Below are positions 12,292-22,579 of a stretch of DNA of 64,000 nt, in pieces (position 1 is the stretch's first letter; the number at the start of each line of letters is the position of its first letter). The notes beneath the pieces were generated by a model that was not told where the DNA came from, searched no databases, and saw only the letters and a list, made by a program, of their open reading frames with translations. A program made the position numbers and the translations under genes. The DNA comes from Rebecca billardiae RCC1528 (lineage: Eukaryota; Protista; Haptophyta), in assembly GCA_965240325.2 (NCBI GenBank), contig OZ251233.1, forward strand, positions 620,001-684,000. The letters run 5' to 3'.

Positions 12292-13716
12292 ATGGCGCCG
12301 ACGACGCGCTCGCGTACCAAGGCGCGCTCGGCAGCGGCGGCGGTGCGGCTAACCGCCCTGCCGCCCGAGCTGATCGCGCGCATCCTCGTCCACCTCGATG
12401 ACGTGCGCGACCTCGTCGCCGCCAACGCCGCCGCGCGCCTCTTCCGCGGCGCGCCGCTCGAGCACGCGCTGCGCGAGCGCGCGCGCGCGCGTGGGCACGA
12501 GGCCGCGCTGCCGGCGGCCCTGCCCGCGGGCGTGTCCACGTGGGCGGAGGAGCTGTTCGCGCGCGAGCACATCTCCGATCTAGCTCACGCGCACGCGCGC
12601 GTCGCGTCCGCCAGCCCAACCTTCGGCACGGGCTTCTCCGCCTTTGTTGACGGTGCCGGCAGCGTGCACACATGCGGCGCACCGCTGGGCCATCCCGAGC
12701 TCAGCATGGAGACGGCCGTGCACGTGCCGGCGCGCGTAAGCGCGCTGGCGGCAGTGCGCGCGCGTGCAGTGGCGGCCGGTGGCACGCACCTGCTCGCGCT
12801 GAGCGAGGCGGGCGCCGTGTACGCGTGCGGCCGCAACGACTACGGCCAGCTGGGCGTGTGCGACAAGGCTGAGCGACGGGCGTTCGTGCAGTTGGCGGCG
12901 CTGGGCGCGGCGCTCATCGTCGGCATACGCGCTGGCGGTGGCCATAGCCTCGCGCTCACGGCTGCGGGTGCGGCGTACAGCTGGGGTAGCAACTGCTGTG
13001 GCCAGCTCGGCCACGGTGACACGAAGGACCGGCTGGAGCCGACGCGCATCGAGGCGCTGGGCGGCGTGCGCGTGGGCGGCGTGGCCGCGGTCAGCGGGCA
13101 CACGCTGCTGCTCTCGGCGTGTGGTGCCGTGTACTCGTGCGGGCATGGCTATGCTGGTTGCCTTGGCCACGGTGACGAGTAGCGGCAGCGCACGCCAATG
13201 CGCATCGAGGCGCTCACGGGAGTGTGCGCCGTGCACGTGAGCGCAGGCGGTCTGCACAGCCTGGTGGTGGACGCAGCAGGCGGCGTGCACTCCTTCGGAT
13301 GCAATTATGGTGGTGCGCTCGGGCACGGCGGCGCGGCCCAACGCGTCGTGCCCACGCGCATCGACGCACTGGGTGGCATGCGTGCGGTGCGCGCCAGCGC
13401 TGGTGCTTGCGCCAGCGCGGTGGTGTGTGCGGACGGCAGCGTGCACACGTTTGGGGACAATCACTTTGGCCAGCTGGGGCTGGGGGACCGAACGCATCGC
13501 ACGCTGCCCACTCGGGTTGAGGGCTTGGCGCACGCGCGCGTGCTCGACTGCTCACTCGGCCAAACCCACGCCCTCTACGTCACAGCGGACGGCGGCGTGC
13601 ACGCGTGCGGCCAGCATTCGGCCGCGCTCGGCCTGGGCGTGGACAGCGATGGCGGAAAGCAGCCGACGCCGCAGTGCGTGGTACAGCTGCCGCCCCTGCG
13701 CTCTGAGGCGTGCTGA
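12292..13716 (+). pseudogene. Tandem paralog of the F-box/RCC1 gene with a single in-frame TAG at 13180-13182
   Basis: Collinear with 10366-11787. GAC GAG CAG in copy 1 is GAC GAG TAG here, and the same frame continues to TGA 13716. The 3' flank is also duplicated (11788-12190 vs 13717-14180). Confidence 0.8.
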
Positions 13717-14109
13717 GTGGCCGGCCCCGTGGCGGGTGCGGTGCTCACGCGCAGGCGTGCGAGTGCGGCGTGTGCGAGTGCTCGCCGCTGCTCTCTTCGG
13801 ACACGGTCAGTGAGGCGTCGCAGCCATGCGCCAGCCACTGAGGCAGCTGCCATCAGCCAGTGCCACCCGGGCTGCGCATGCAGCCAGCTTGTGGCAGCAC
13901 AGCGGGGCTGGAGCCGCCGCTGGAACTTGCACTGCGCGTGGGTGGTGAGGCGCCGGCGGATGGCAAGGGCATTGTAGTGAATGGGGCACTCATCGACATC
14001 AGTCAAGAGTGAGATGGACTACGATAAGATGATGCTCGCGTCGCACATATTGTCATTGAGCACCAGGTGCGCGCGTGGGTTCCGCGCGCACACCGCCGCC
14101 GTGCTGCTG

Positions 14110-15054
14110 TCATCGCACGACGACCTGCATGCACGACTGTGCAAGTGCAGCCAGCAGTAGACGTAGTAAGATACGACTGCATGTCGCCTTGCGCATGATA
14201 GAGGCCTTGTTGAGGTTGGCTTGGCGCGGTGCGGCCGGACGCTCGCCAGCGCGTGAGTCGGGCAAGGCGCGTGACGGCCGGCTCCGAGATTTGGACCTGC
14301 TGCGGCCTCGCCGCCTGCGCGTGCGCTCCCGGCCGCCGCCACCAAAGATGCGCTGGCGCCCTTGCGCGAACACATGCCGACCAGCTCCGCTTCGGCGGGC
14401 GCGTGCGCGCACGCGCTCACGTGCGCGCTGCGCTTGTGCCGCGCGCGCGCGTCGCCTCGCCAGGCGCGCCTCCGTCGCCAGCGCCCGATCGCGTGTGCGC
14501 GCGTCCGTGATCGCGTGTTGCTGCTCCGCAACGGCACGCCGGCGTGCCACGTCCAGCGCGCGTTGCGCGCGTGCGAGAACGTGATGCATGTGCGCGGGCA
14601 CGGCGCGTGTGACGCGCTCGAGCACAGCAATCTGGGTGCCCGTCTCGTCGGAGGCGTCGACACCCGGCAAATCGAGCCCGCGCGTCGCGCGCGGCTGTCG
14701 CCTAGCGGGCACCGGGCGGGGACGGCCCTGCGCCTCGCGCAGCGCGCGCCAGACGCACGCACGAGCGTCGGGCATGTGCGCGGGCGTGCAGCGCAGCGCG
14801 CGTGTGAACATGGCGATGTGCGTCTCCGTCGCGTCGAGGGGGTCGACGCCCGCCATGTGCAGCCCGCGCGTCGTGGGCGGCTCCGTCGGCATCCCGGCCG
14901 ATTCACGCCGGACCACGCCACGAGCGAACGGAATTGCACGCTGGACCTCCTCTCGTGGGCCGTGCATCCACTCTGGGACGCAGGCCGACGTACGGCAAAG
15001 AGCTTCGAGGACAAGCGCGGCCGGGCTCGGCGGCTTCGGCGGTTTTTCGGCCAT
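14110..15054 (-). CDS. Hypothetical protein with a two-fold internal repeat, possibly TE-associated or truncated
   Basis: ATG at 15054 (MAEKPPKPP). Repeat TRGLHMAGVDPLDATETHIAMF / TRGLDLPGVDASDETGTQIAVL. The 3' end runs into the duplicated RCC1 flank. Confidence 0.35.
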   Translation of the reverse strand: MAEKPPKPPSPAALVLEALCRTSACVPEWMHGPREEVQRAIPFARGVVRRESAGMPTEPPTTRGLHMAGVDPLDATETHIAMFTRALRCTPAHMPDARACVWRALREAQGRPRPVPARRQPRATRGLDLPGVDASDETGTQIAVLERVTRAVPAHMHHVLARAQRALDVARRRAVAEQQHAITDARTRDRALATEARLARRRARAAQAQRARERVRARARRSGAGRHVFAQGRQRIFGGGGRERTRRRRGRSRSKSRSRPSRALPDSRAGERPAAPRQANLNKASIMRKATCSRILLRLLLAALAQSCMQVVVR

Positions 15055-15180
15055 CGCGGCCACCGCCGTTGCGCCGGCCAGGGCGGAGAGGGCCACACGG
15101 CTCGTCGTCAGCAAAAACTCGGAGGTGTGGCCGCATGCACGCTTCGAACGGCGGCGGCACCAGCCAGGTTTGGCGCTCTG

Positions 15181-16291
15181 CCAAGGGAGTCAAGGGTGCC
15201 CGCGCCCCAGTGGCGCGCTCGGCGGATGTTGGGATACACCTTTTTGCCCGCGGCCCTGCGGCGGCGGCGGCGGTGGCGTGCTCCGCTGGCGGGGCGAGCG
15301 CACGGGGCACGGCGCTGCGGGCGCGGATGTGCCCGCGAAGCCGGCGCGTGCGGACGGGCTGTTGCGGGAGAGCATCAGGCGCCCTCCTGCGACGCGCGAC
15401 TTGCGCCACGCCTCTTTCGCCTCGGCTCAGAGCAGCGCGCACGCACGCACCGCCTCAAGGCCAGCCTTGCCGCGCCGCAGCCGACCGCGCGCGCGCCGTG
15501 CGCGGCGTGGTCGGGAAGGAACGGGCGCTGCTGCCGGGCGAGATGGCGACATCATGGGCGCACGCCATGCCGCCCCGCGGCGCCGCGAAAGAGCACGAGA
15601 ACGGATCCGCACAGCTGTTGACGAGTGCTGATTTCTTGCCGTGCCTGAAGCCAGACCTGAGCTCGAAGAAGATGATGAAAGAGCATCAGCGCGAGGAAAG
15701 CGTCGCACCCAGCACTTCTACATGACCACGCGGTGATGAACATTCATGTAAGAGTAGCCCGCGTGCCCGTCTGGCACTGTTCTGTGTCTCAATGATCGTC
15801 CCGACAACGGTCACGACCGCGAGGCAGTGCACACCATTTGTGACAAGTCGAAAAGGCGTGCAAACGGACCGACGACACTCTCGTCAAGGCGTGGCGGGGC
15901 GGCATGGCGTGCGCCTATGACGTCGCCATCTCGCCCGGCAGCAGCGCCCGTTCCTTCCCGACCACGCCGCGCACGGCGCGCGCGCGGTCGGCTGCGGCGC
16001 GGCAAGGCTGGCCTTGAGGCGGCGCGTGCGTGCGCGCTGCTCTGAGCCGAGGCGAAAGAGGCGTGGCGCAAGTCGCGCGTCGCAGGAGGGCGCCAGATGC
16101 TCTCCCGCAACAGCCCGTCCGCACGCGCCGGCTTCGCGGGCACATCCGCGCCCGCAGCGCCGTGCCCCGTGCGCTCGCCCCGCCAGCGGAGCACGCCACC
16201 GCCGCCGCCGCCGCAGGGCCGCGGGCAAAAAGGTGTATCCCAACATCCGCCGAGCGCGCCACTGGGGCGCGGGCACCCTTGACTCCCTTGG
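15181..16291. mobile_element. Non-autonomous hairpin/foldback TIR element (1111 bp, ~400-bp arms), TSD CTCTG (or TCT if both ends are extended by 1 bp)
   Basis: Ends CCAAGGGAGTCAAGGGTGCC / GGCACCCTTGACTCCCTTGG. CTCTG lies at 15176-15180 and 16292-16296. The empty site is present at 28430-28462 (reverse complement). Confidence 0.85.
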
Positions 16292-16314
16292 CTCTGCAGT
16301 GGCGGATGCCAGCT

Positions 16315-16980
16315 ATAACCGCGCGCGCGTCGCGCTCCTTCTGGCGATCCGGTGTTTACGATAGGCGGATGCAGGGGTTGCCTGGGGCCGCCAGTCGCCA
16401 CGGGGGGGGGCAGGGCGGCGAGGCAGCGCCCGCCCGGCAGCACATCGCCCCCCCCGTGGACGCTGACTCAAGCCGCACCCACCCCAGCGCGGCGATCCCA
16501 CGCCAGGGAGGGCGGGCGGGAGGCGGAGGAGCGCCGCTGGCTGTCCGTGAGTGTGCCGGCGCCGCCGCGGCCTGCCGCCCGGGGGCCCCGGGCCCGGGCG
16601 GGGCCGCTGTGCTCAGGCGTCGGCCGGGGCAGGGTGCGCCGGGGGGCAGTCGCGGCGGAAGCGGTCGGCTGCACGACGTGGGCTGCCCTGACCGGCCCCG
16701 AAGGTGCGCCTGTCACGCCGAGGGTCGGCCCGCCTGCAGGTACGCTCACTTTCCGCTTGGTACCCGCGCCGCAAAGGCGAGCTGCTTCCGACTCACATCT
16801 CGTCACCGTGCGGTCACTCCGGCGATGCCGCTGCGAGCGCCGAGCCCGCGTCCGGCCAGGTATACGCCCACCTAGCGGGGAGGGGCACGGGCGGCGGCGG
16901 AGCAGCGACGCGGCAGTCATAACGCGATAACCGCCGCGGACTGCCAAACCCACCACTCCCGTCGCGTCGGCCATCGCCCC
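16315..16980. mobile_element. Short copy (666 bp) of an element without TIR or TSD
   Basis: Same start (ATAACCGCGCGCGCGTCGCGCTCC) and same end (GTCGGCCATCGCCCC) as the adjacent long copy. Its blocks match 16981-17100, 20738-20979 and 21585-21804. Confidence 0.7.
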
Positions 16981-18719
16981 ATAACCGCGCGCGCGTCGCG
17001 CTCCTTCTGGCGATCCGGTGTTTACGATAGGCGGATGCAGGGGTTGCCTGGGGCCGCCAGTCGCCACGGGGGGGGGCAGGGCGGCGAGGCAGCGCCCGCC
17101 CAAAGAGGCGCAGCGCCAGGCGCCACGCCGGCGTGGCCGGCGTCGGCCGGCGCGGCCGAGGCCAGGCCCGGCCCCGACCCCCAGAGGCGCAGCGCCCTGC
17201 CCACCACCACGCCGCACGCCGCCGGTGTGAGGCCGCGGAGCGGCGGACTGGGTGCCCCCCCCCCTCCCCCCCAGCGCTCACTGCGCTCAGCCCCTGCCAG
17301 AGGTCGCCGAGAGCCCGCAGCGACCGGCGGACCACAGGACCACTGGCGTAACCCGCCCGTCGTCGCGCGCCGGCACAGGCCAGGCGAAGCGCTGCAGGTG
17401 ACCCGCAGGCCACGCCGTCCACTTGCCCGACGAAACCGCCCAGCAGCACGCGCGCACTGCCGCCGCCGCCGCCGGCCGGCGAGAGCGCATGCGCCCGAGC
17501 CGTCGCGGAACACACCCGAGCCGACATGAGGCGCAGGTATCGACGTCGGCTTGCCGACAACGTCGTCAACCACGCGCCTGCAGACCGCACGAGCGCCCGT
17601 GAAAGCGCGCCGAAAAGGGGCGTGCGAGGTGACGCGCACGGTGCGCGAATGGTGATGGCCGTGCGGCGCACGAATGACGATCGGTGCGCGCGCACGATGA
17701 GCGGTGCACGCGCGGGCGGATCGGAGCGCGCGCATGATAAACGGCGCATGATACTCGGCGCGCGCGCATGACGGCGCGCGCGCATGATGATCGGCGCTGG
17801 TCGGTGCGCGCGCATGATGATCGTCACGCGATGATCGGCGCGCGCGCATGACCATGCGCGCGCGTGACGAATTCGCCGCAACGGCTCGCGCGAGAGGCAC
17901 AAGGCGATTGACGATGAACGCGACCACGTTCGAGCGCTCGAGCGAAGCAGGAGGTGATGAGTGAGGAAGATGGCACAGGAATGGGAGAGGAACGCGTGGC
18001 GCGTGGCGGGAAGGGCCAGGCACGCTCGGCGTGAGGAAAGGAACGCGCGTAGAAACGGAACGGAACGGAAAGCAGCGGTTCGAGCGATAGACAGGAGGTG
18101 ATTGACGATGATGAGCGCGTCCGCGCTCGAGCGACGCAGAAGGTGACGAGCGAGGAAGACCAAGGCCAGGTGAAAGCGCCGCAGGTGGCCAGCGGGCCAC
18201 GTCGCTTTTCGCGCCCGAAAACGCCCAGCAGCGCGCGCGCCCCGCTGCAGTGGCAGCCGACCGGCGAGAGCTGCATCCGCCAGAGCCGCCACGCGGCGCA
18301 GGTATCAACGCCGGCCCGCCGACAACGTCGTCCCCGACACCCCGGCCACAGACACCACGTACACCCATGTAAGCGCGCCGAAAGGTGCGCGCGAGGATGG
18401 CGCACTCGGCACCCGAATGATGATGATGGTTGCGCGGAGCACGAATGATGATCGGCGCGCGCGGGTATCAACGCCAGCCCGCCGACGACGTCGTCCCCCA
18501 CGCCCCGGCCACAGACACCACGTACGCCCATGTAAGCGCGCCGAAAGGTGTGTGCGATGATGGCACGCTCGGCACCCGGATGATGATGCGATGGTTACGC
18601 TGAGCACGAAGTGATGATCGGCGCGCGCACATGATGATGATCGGCGCGCGCGCATGAGAAGACAGGTGCGAGTGACGCGCGGAGAAGATGCGCGCGGAGA
18701 CGATAGGCGCGGAGGACAT

Positions 18720-19166
18720 AGGCGCAAGTAACGCGCGGAGGAGATAGGCGCAAGTAACGCGCGGAGAAGATAGGCGCAAGTAACGCGCGGAGAAGATATA
18801 GTAGGCGCAAGTAACGCGCGGAGACATAGGCGCAAGTAACGCGCGGAGAAGATAGGCGCAAGTAAACGCGCGGAGAAGATATAGTAGGCGCAAGTAACGC
18901 GCGGAGACAGGCGCAAGTAACGCGCGGAGAAGTAGATAGTATAGGCGCAAGTAACGCGCGGAGGAGGTATAGGCACAAGTGACGCGCGGAGACAGGCGCA
19001 AGAAACGCGTGGGGAAGTAGATATAGTAGGCGCAAGTAACGCGCGGAGAAGTAGATAGGCGCAAGTGACGCGCGGAGACAGGCGCAAGTAACGCGCGGAG
19101 AAGTAGATAGTAGGCGCAAGTAACGCGCGGAGATGAGATAGGCGCAAGTGACGCGCGGAGAAGATA
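18720..19166 (+). repeat. Array of ~16 copies of the 21-mer AGGCGCAAGTAACGCGCGGAG with 2-13 nt variable purine/AT linkers
   Basis: Read directly from the sequence. Linkers include AC, ACAT, AAGAT, AAGATATAGT and AAGTAGATAGTAT. Confidence 0.9.
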
Positions 19167-19214
19167 GGGTGCGCACACGATGATCGGCGCATGATGATCG
19201 GCGCGCGCGCGAGG

Positions 19215-19301
19215 GATAGACAGATAGACAGATAGACAGATAGACAGATAGACAGATAGACAGATAGACAGATAGATAGACAGATAGATAGACAGATAGA
19301 C
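19215..19301 (+). repeat. (GATA/GACA)n microsatellite
   Basis: Direct observation. Confidence 0.95.
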
Positions 19302-19619
19302 GCGCGAGTGAGCGACGGCGAGCTGTAGAGAAGGGTGAGTCGTGCGGCGGCGAGTGGCGGCGGCGTGCTTGCAGCGCGGCAGCGGCGTGCGGCGAGCGCG
19401 AACACGCGGAGCGCGCGCGGCTCCGCTGTTGCGCCCCGAGGGGCCCGCGCCGAAGAAGCGCGCTCGCTCGAGCGGGGGGCAGATCGAAGGTGATGAAGCG
19501 CGCGGTTCCGCTCAAGCGAAGTAGAAGGTGATGAGCGACGAGTGTGCCCGACGGACGACAGCGCAACGACACCTCACGCGCCGCCCCGCCGGCCGCCCAA
19601 CAGATGGCCGAGAACGGGA

Positions 19620-20435
19620 CGCCGAAGTAGCATGTGTGCGCTCACTGCCCGCGCCGCCGACATGCGCTCCAGCTCGGACGAAGGGCAGAAGGTGTTGTTG
19701 AGCGCGCCCCCGCGAGCGCGCAGCAGCTGGTGAGGAGCGTGTTGTTGAGCGCACCCCCTCGAGCGCGCAGCAGCTGGTGAGGAGCGTGGAGCGTGCCCGA
19801 CACACGCCCGCTGGCGCCGCCCCGCCGTGCGCCCAGCCGCCGGACGCTGCCGATGGACGCAGAAGCAGCATGGATGCGCACGAGTCTCGTCCAGCGCCAA
19901 AATGCGCTCGCGCGCGAGCGAGGTAGACAGCGCCGAGCGCGCCCACGCTCGAGCGAAGCAGGTGGAGATGAGCGAGGAGCGCGCCCGACGGACGGCAGCG
20001 CACCGGCACCTCGCTTACCACCCCGACGTTCCGAAGCAGCATGTGTGCGCTCACTGCCCGCGCCGCCGACATGCGCTCCAGCTCGGACGAAGGGCAGAAG
20101 GTGTTGTTGAGCGCGCCCCCGCAAGCGCGCAGCAGCTGGTGAGGAGCGTGTTGTTGAGCGCGCCCCCGCGAGCGCGCAGCAGCTGGTGAGGAGCGTGGAG
20201 CGTGCCCGACACACGCCCGCTGGCGCCGCCCCGCCGTGCGCCCAGCCGCCGGACGCTGCCGATGGACGCAGAAGCAGCATGGATGCGCACGAGTCTCGTC
20301 CAGCGCCAAAATGCGCTCGCGCGCGAGCGAGGCAGACAGCGCCGAGCGCGCCCACGCTCGAGCGAAGCAGGTGGAGATGAGCGAGGAGCGCGCACGACGG
20401 ACGGCAGCGCACCGGCACCTCACTTACCACCCCGA
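19620..20435 (+). repeat. Tandem duplication of a ~410-bp unit
   Basis: ORFs at 19793 and 20202 (offset 409) have near-identical N-terminal translations. Confidence 0.85.
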
Positions 20436-20979
20436 TGTGCGCCCCCGATGTGCGCCCGGCCACCGGACGCCTCAGAAGGACACCCAGCACAAGCGTGGTC
20501 GCGCACGAGCGGATGAGAGAAGCAGAAGGCGCTGAGCGTTCCCCTCGAGTAAAGCAGTGGGCCATGAGGAGGAGGGAGCACGACGGACGGCAGTGCCCAG
20601 CACCTCGCGCTCCGCCTCGCAGTGCGCACGACCGTCGGATGCCGCCGCAGAAGGACGCCGAAGCAGCATCGTGAGAGTTCGAGCGTGATGCACGCGCACC
20701 ACGCCAGGGGGGGACAACGAGGAACGGGGAGCGAAGGAGGCGGAGGAGCGCCGCTGGCTGTCCGTGAGTGTGCCGGCGCCGCCGCGGCCTGCCGCCCGGG
20801 GGCCCCGGGCCCGGGCGGGGCCGCTGTGCTCCGGCGTCGGCCGGGGCAGGGTGCGCCGGGGGGCAGTCGCGGCGGAAGCGGTCGGCTGCACGACGTGGGC
20901 TGCCCTGACCGGCCCCGAAGGTGCGCCTGTCACGCCGAGGGTCGGCCCGCCTGCAGGTACGCTCACTTTCCGCTTGGTA

Positions 20980-21584
20980 TGGAGCGTTCGTTGGAACTTG
21001 ACGCCGGTTTGGCGCCCGCGCGGCGAGGGCGACGACGGGCGTACACGGGGCCCGCGGCGGCGGGAAGCGCGCGGGCGCGGCCGAGAACGGCACGGTCCGG
21101 ACGCCTCTCGCCAGCCGCGGACGCGCACCGCGCCTCCTCCTCGCACGCTGCTAACTTGATCCGGGTTAAACGGTGGTTTTGCTGCCGACCAGCTCAAGTT
21201 CCACGGCTGGTCAAGGTTCGGCTTGCGACCTCGCCGCTGGTGCTAGCAAGAAGGTACACGAGCTGGTCGAACTCCCACGCACCCGCTCTGCGCTCGTCGA
21301 CGCCCTCTGAAGGTGACTTGGGGTGCATGCGGGGCAGTGGAATGCAGTGGTTCGGCGTTGCCTCTCAGTCGTCCAGCGCGCAGGCCATGTGGCGCGGGTG
21401 TGGTGCGCGCATGGCCCGGTAATTCGGTCGCGGCATGTCTGTCTGGGCTGCCCAAGGCCTGCCGCACCGCGAAGCGAGCGCTCAGGAGCGTGTGCCGACC
21501 GTGCCAGCCCCGCCGAGATGGGGCACTTCGCTGGGAAATGCGGTGTCAAGTTCCAAGCCCCGCCAAGTTCCAACGAGCGCTCCA
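20980..21584. mobile_element. MITE, 605 bp, ~24-bp TIR, TA TSD (Tc1/mariner-type signature)
   Basis: TA|TGGAGCGTTCGTTGGAACTTGACG ... CGCCAAGTTCCAACGAGCGCTCCA|TA. The empty site CTTGG-TA-CCCGCG is seen at 16756-16768. Confidence 0.9.
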
Positions 21585-22579
21585 TACCCGCGCCGCAAAG
21601 GCGAGCTGCTTCCGACTCACATCTCGTCACCGTGCGGTCACTCCGGCGATGCCGCTGCGAGCGCCGAGCCCGCGTCCGGCCAGGTATACGCCCACCTAGC
21701 GGGGAGGGGCACGGGCGGCGGCGGAGCAGCGACGCGGCAGTCATAACGCGATAACCGCCGCGGACTGCCAAACCCACCACTCCCGTCGCGTCGGCCATCG
21801 CCCCGAAACTGGGGCTTTTGGCCCAGTTTGCGATGGCACAGTGGGGGGCTTCGCGGGTCAGTAAACTGGGGAAAAGCCTCAGTTTCAGATGGCACGCGCC
21901 CACTGCGGCCGTGCCATCGCAAACTGGGCCGAATCGCCCAGTTTGCGTGTGCACGGGGACGCACTGCGGCCGGCTGCAACTTGGCTCAGCATGGGGCAGC
22001 TGTCCACAGCCCAGGCGGGGCGTCACCGCCTGCGGGCCGCCGGTGGGCAGGGCGGACGGCGTCGCAGAGCTCATGCGTGGGAGCAGCGCGTTGAGGAGGC
22101 AACCAAGGTCGAGAAGGAGGGGGCAAGGCCGGCAAGCAGCAGGGCCACCGGTACGTTCCGGTACATGCCTCCACACCGGTGCACATCACCCTTGCTCGCG
22201 GCCGTGACCTGTGCTGCCAAACACCTCATCATCGCCCACCTTGCAGTGACGGCCGAGCTAGGGCGAACACTCACAGGCACCGAACACGCATCGACCGTGC
22301 CCACTGGTGCTGGCATGCTGTCCTCTACTTGCTGTCGGACAGCAAGGAGGCGGCACCGCCGCAGCTGCGAGCGGGTGAGGTGCTGCTCTGCTCAGCGAGG
22401 CTGAGAGGCTGAGCACGGATCACGGATGGTGAGCCCTGGTCTCGCAACGCATCCAGGAGAGCAGTTGGTGCATAACTGTGCTCAGACGTGCAGGACCAAC
22501 CATCCGGTGCTGCTTCAAGCACCCGCGCCAACAGCGGCGGTACTCAACTCCACGCTGCTCATGCGGCCGCACAGCTGCG

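Larger units (their letters stand above)
16981..21804. mobile_element. Long copy (4824 bp) of the same no-TIR/no-TSD element, repeat-filled, non-coding
   Basis: Head-to-tail with the short copy. The pair sits between GCCAGCT and GAAACT, which are contiguous in the right foldback arm. Confidence 0.7.

Noticed and set aside
10366-13716. RCC1 propellers as a RAG2-like partner of the RAG1-like transposase
   Set aside because: RAG2 is a kelch-type propeller with a PHD finger encoded inside the transposon. These are F-box/RCC1 genes ~25 kb outside the TIRs.
18720-19166. CRISPR array
   Set aside because: The linkers are only 2-13 nt, related to each other and reused. There are no cas genes and the context is eukaryotic.
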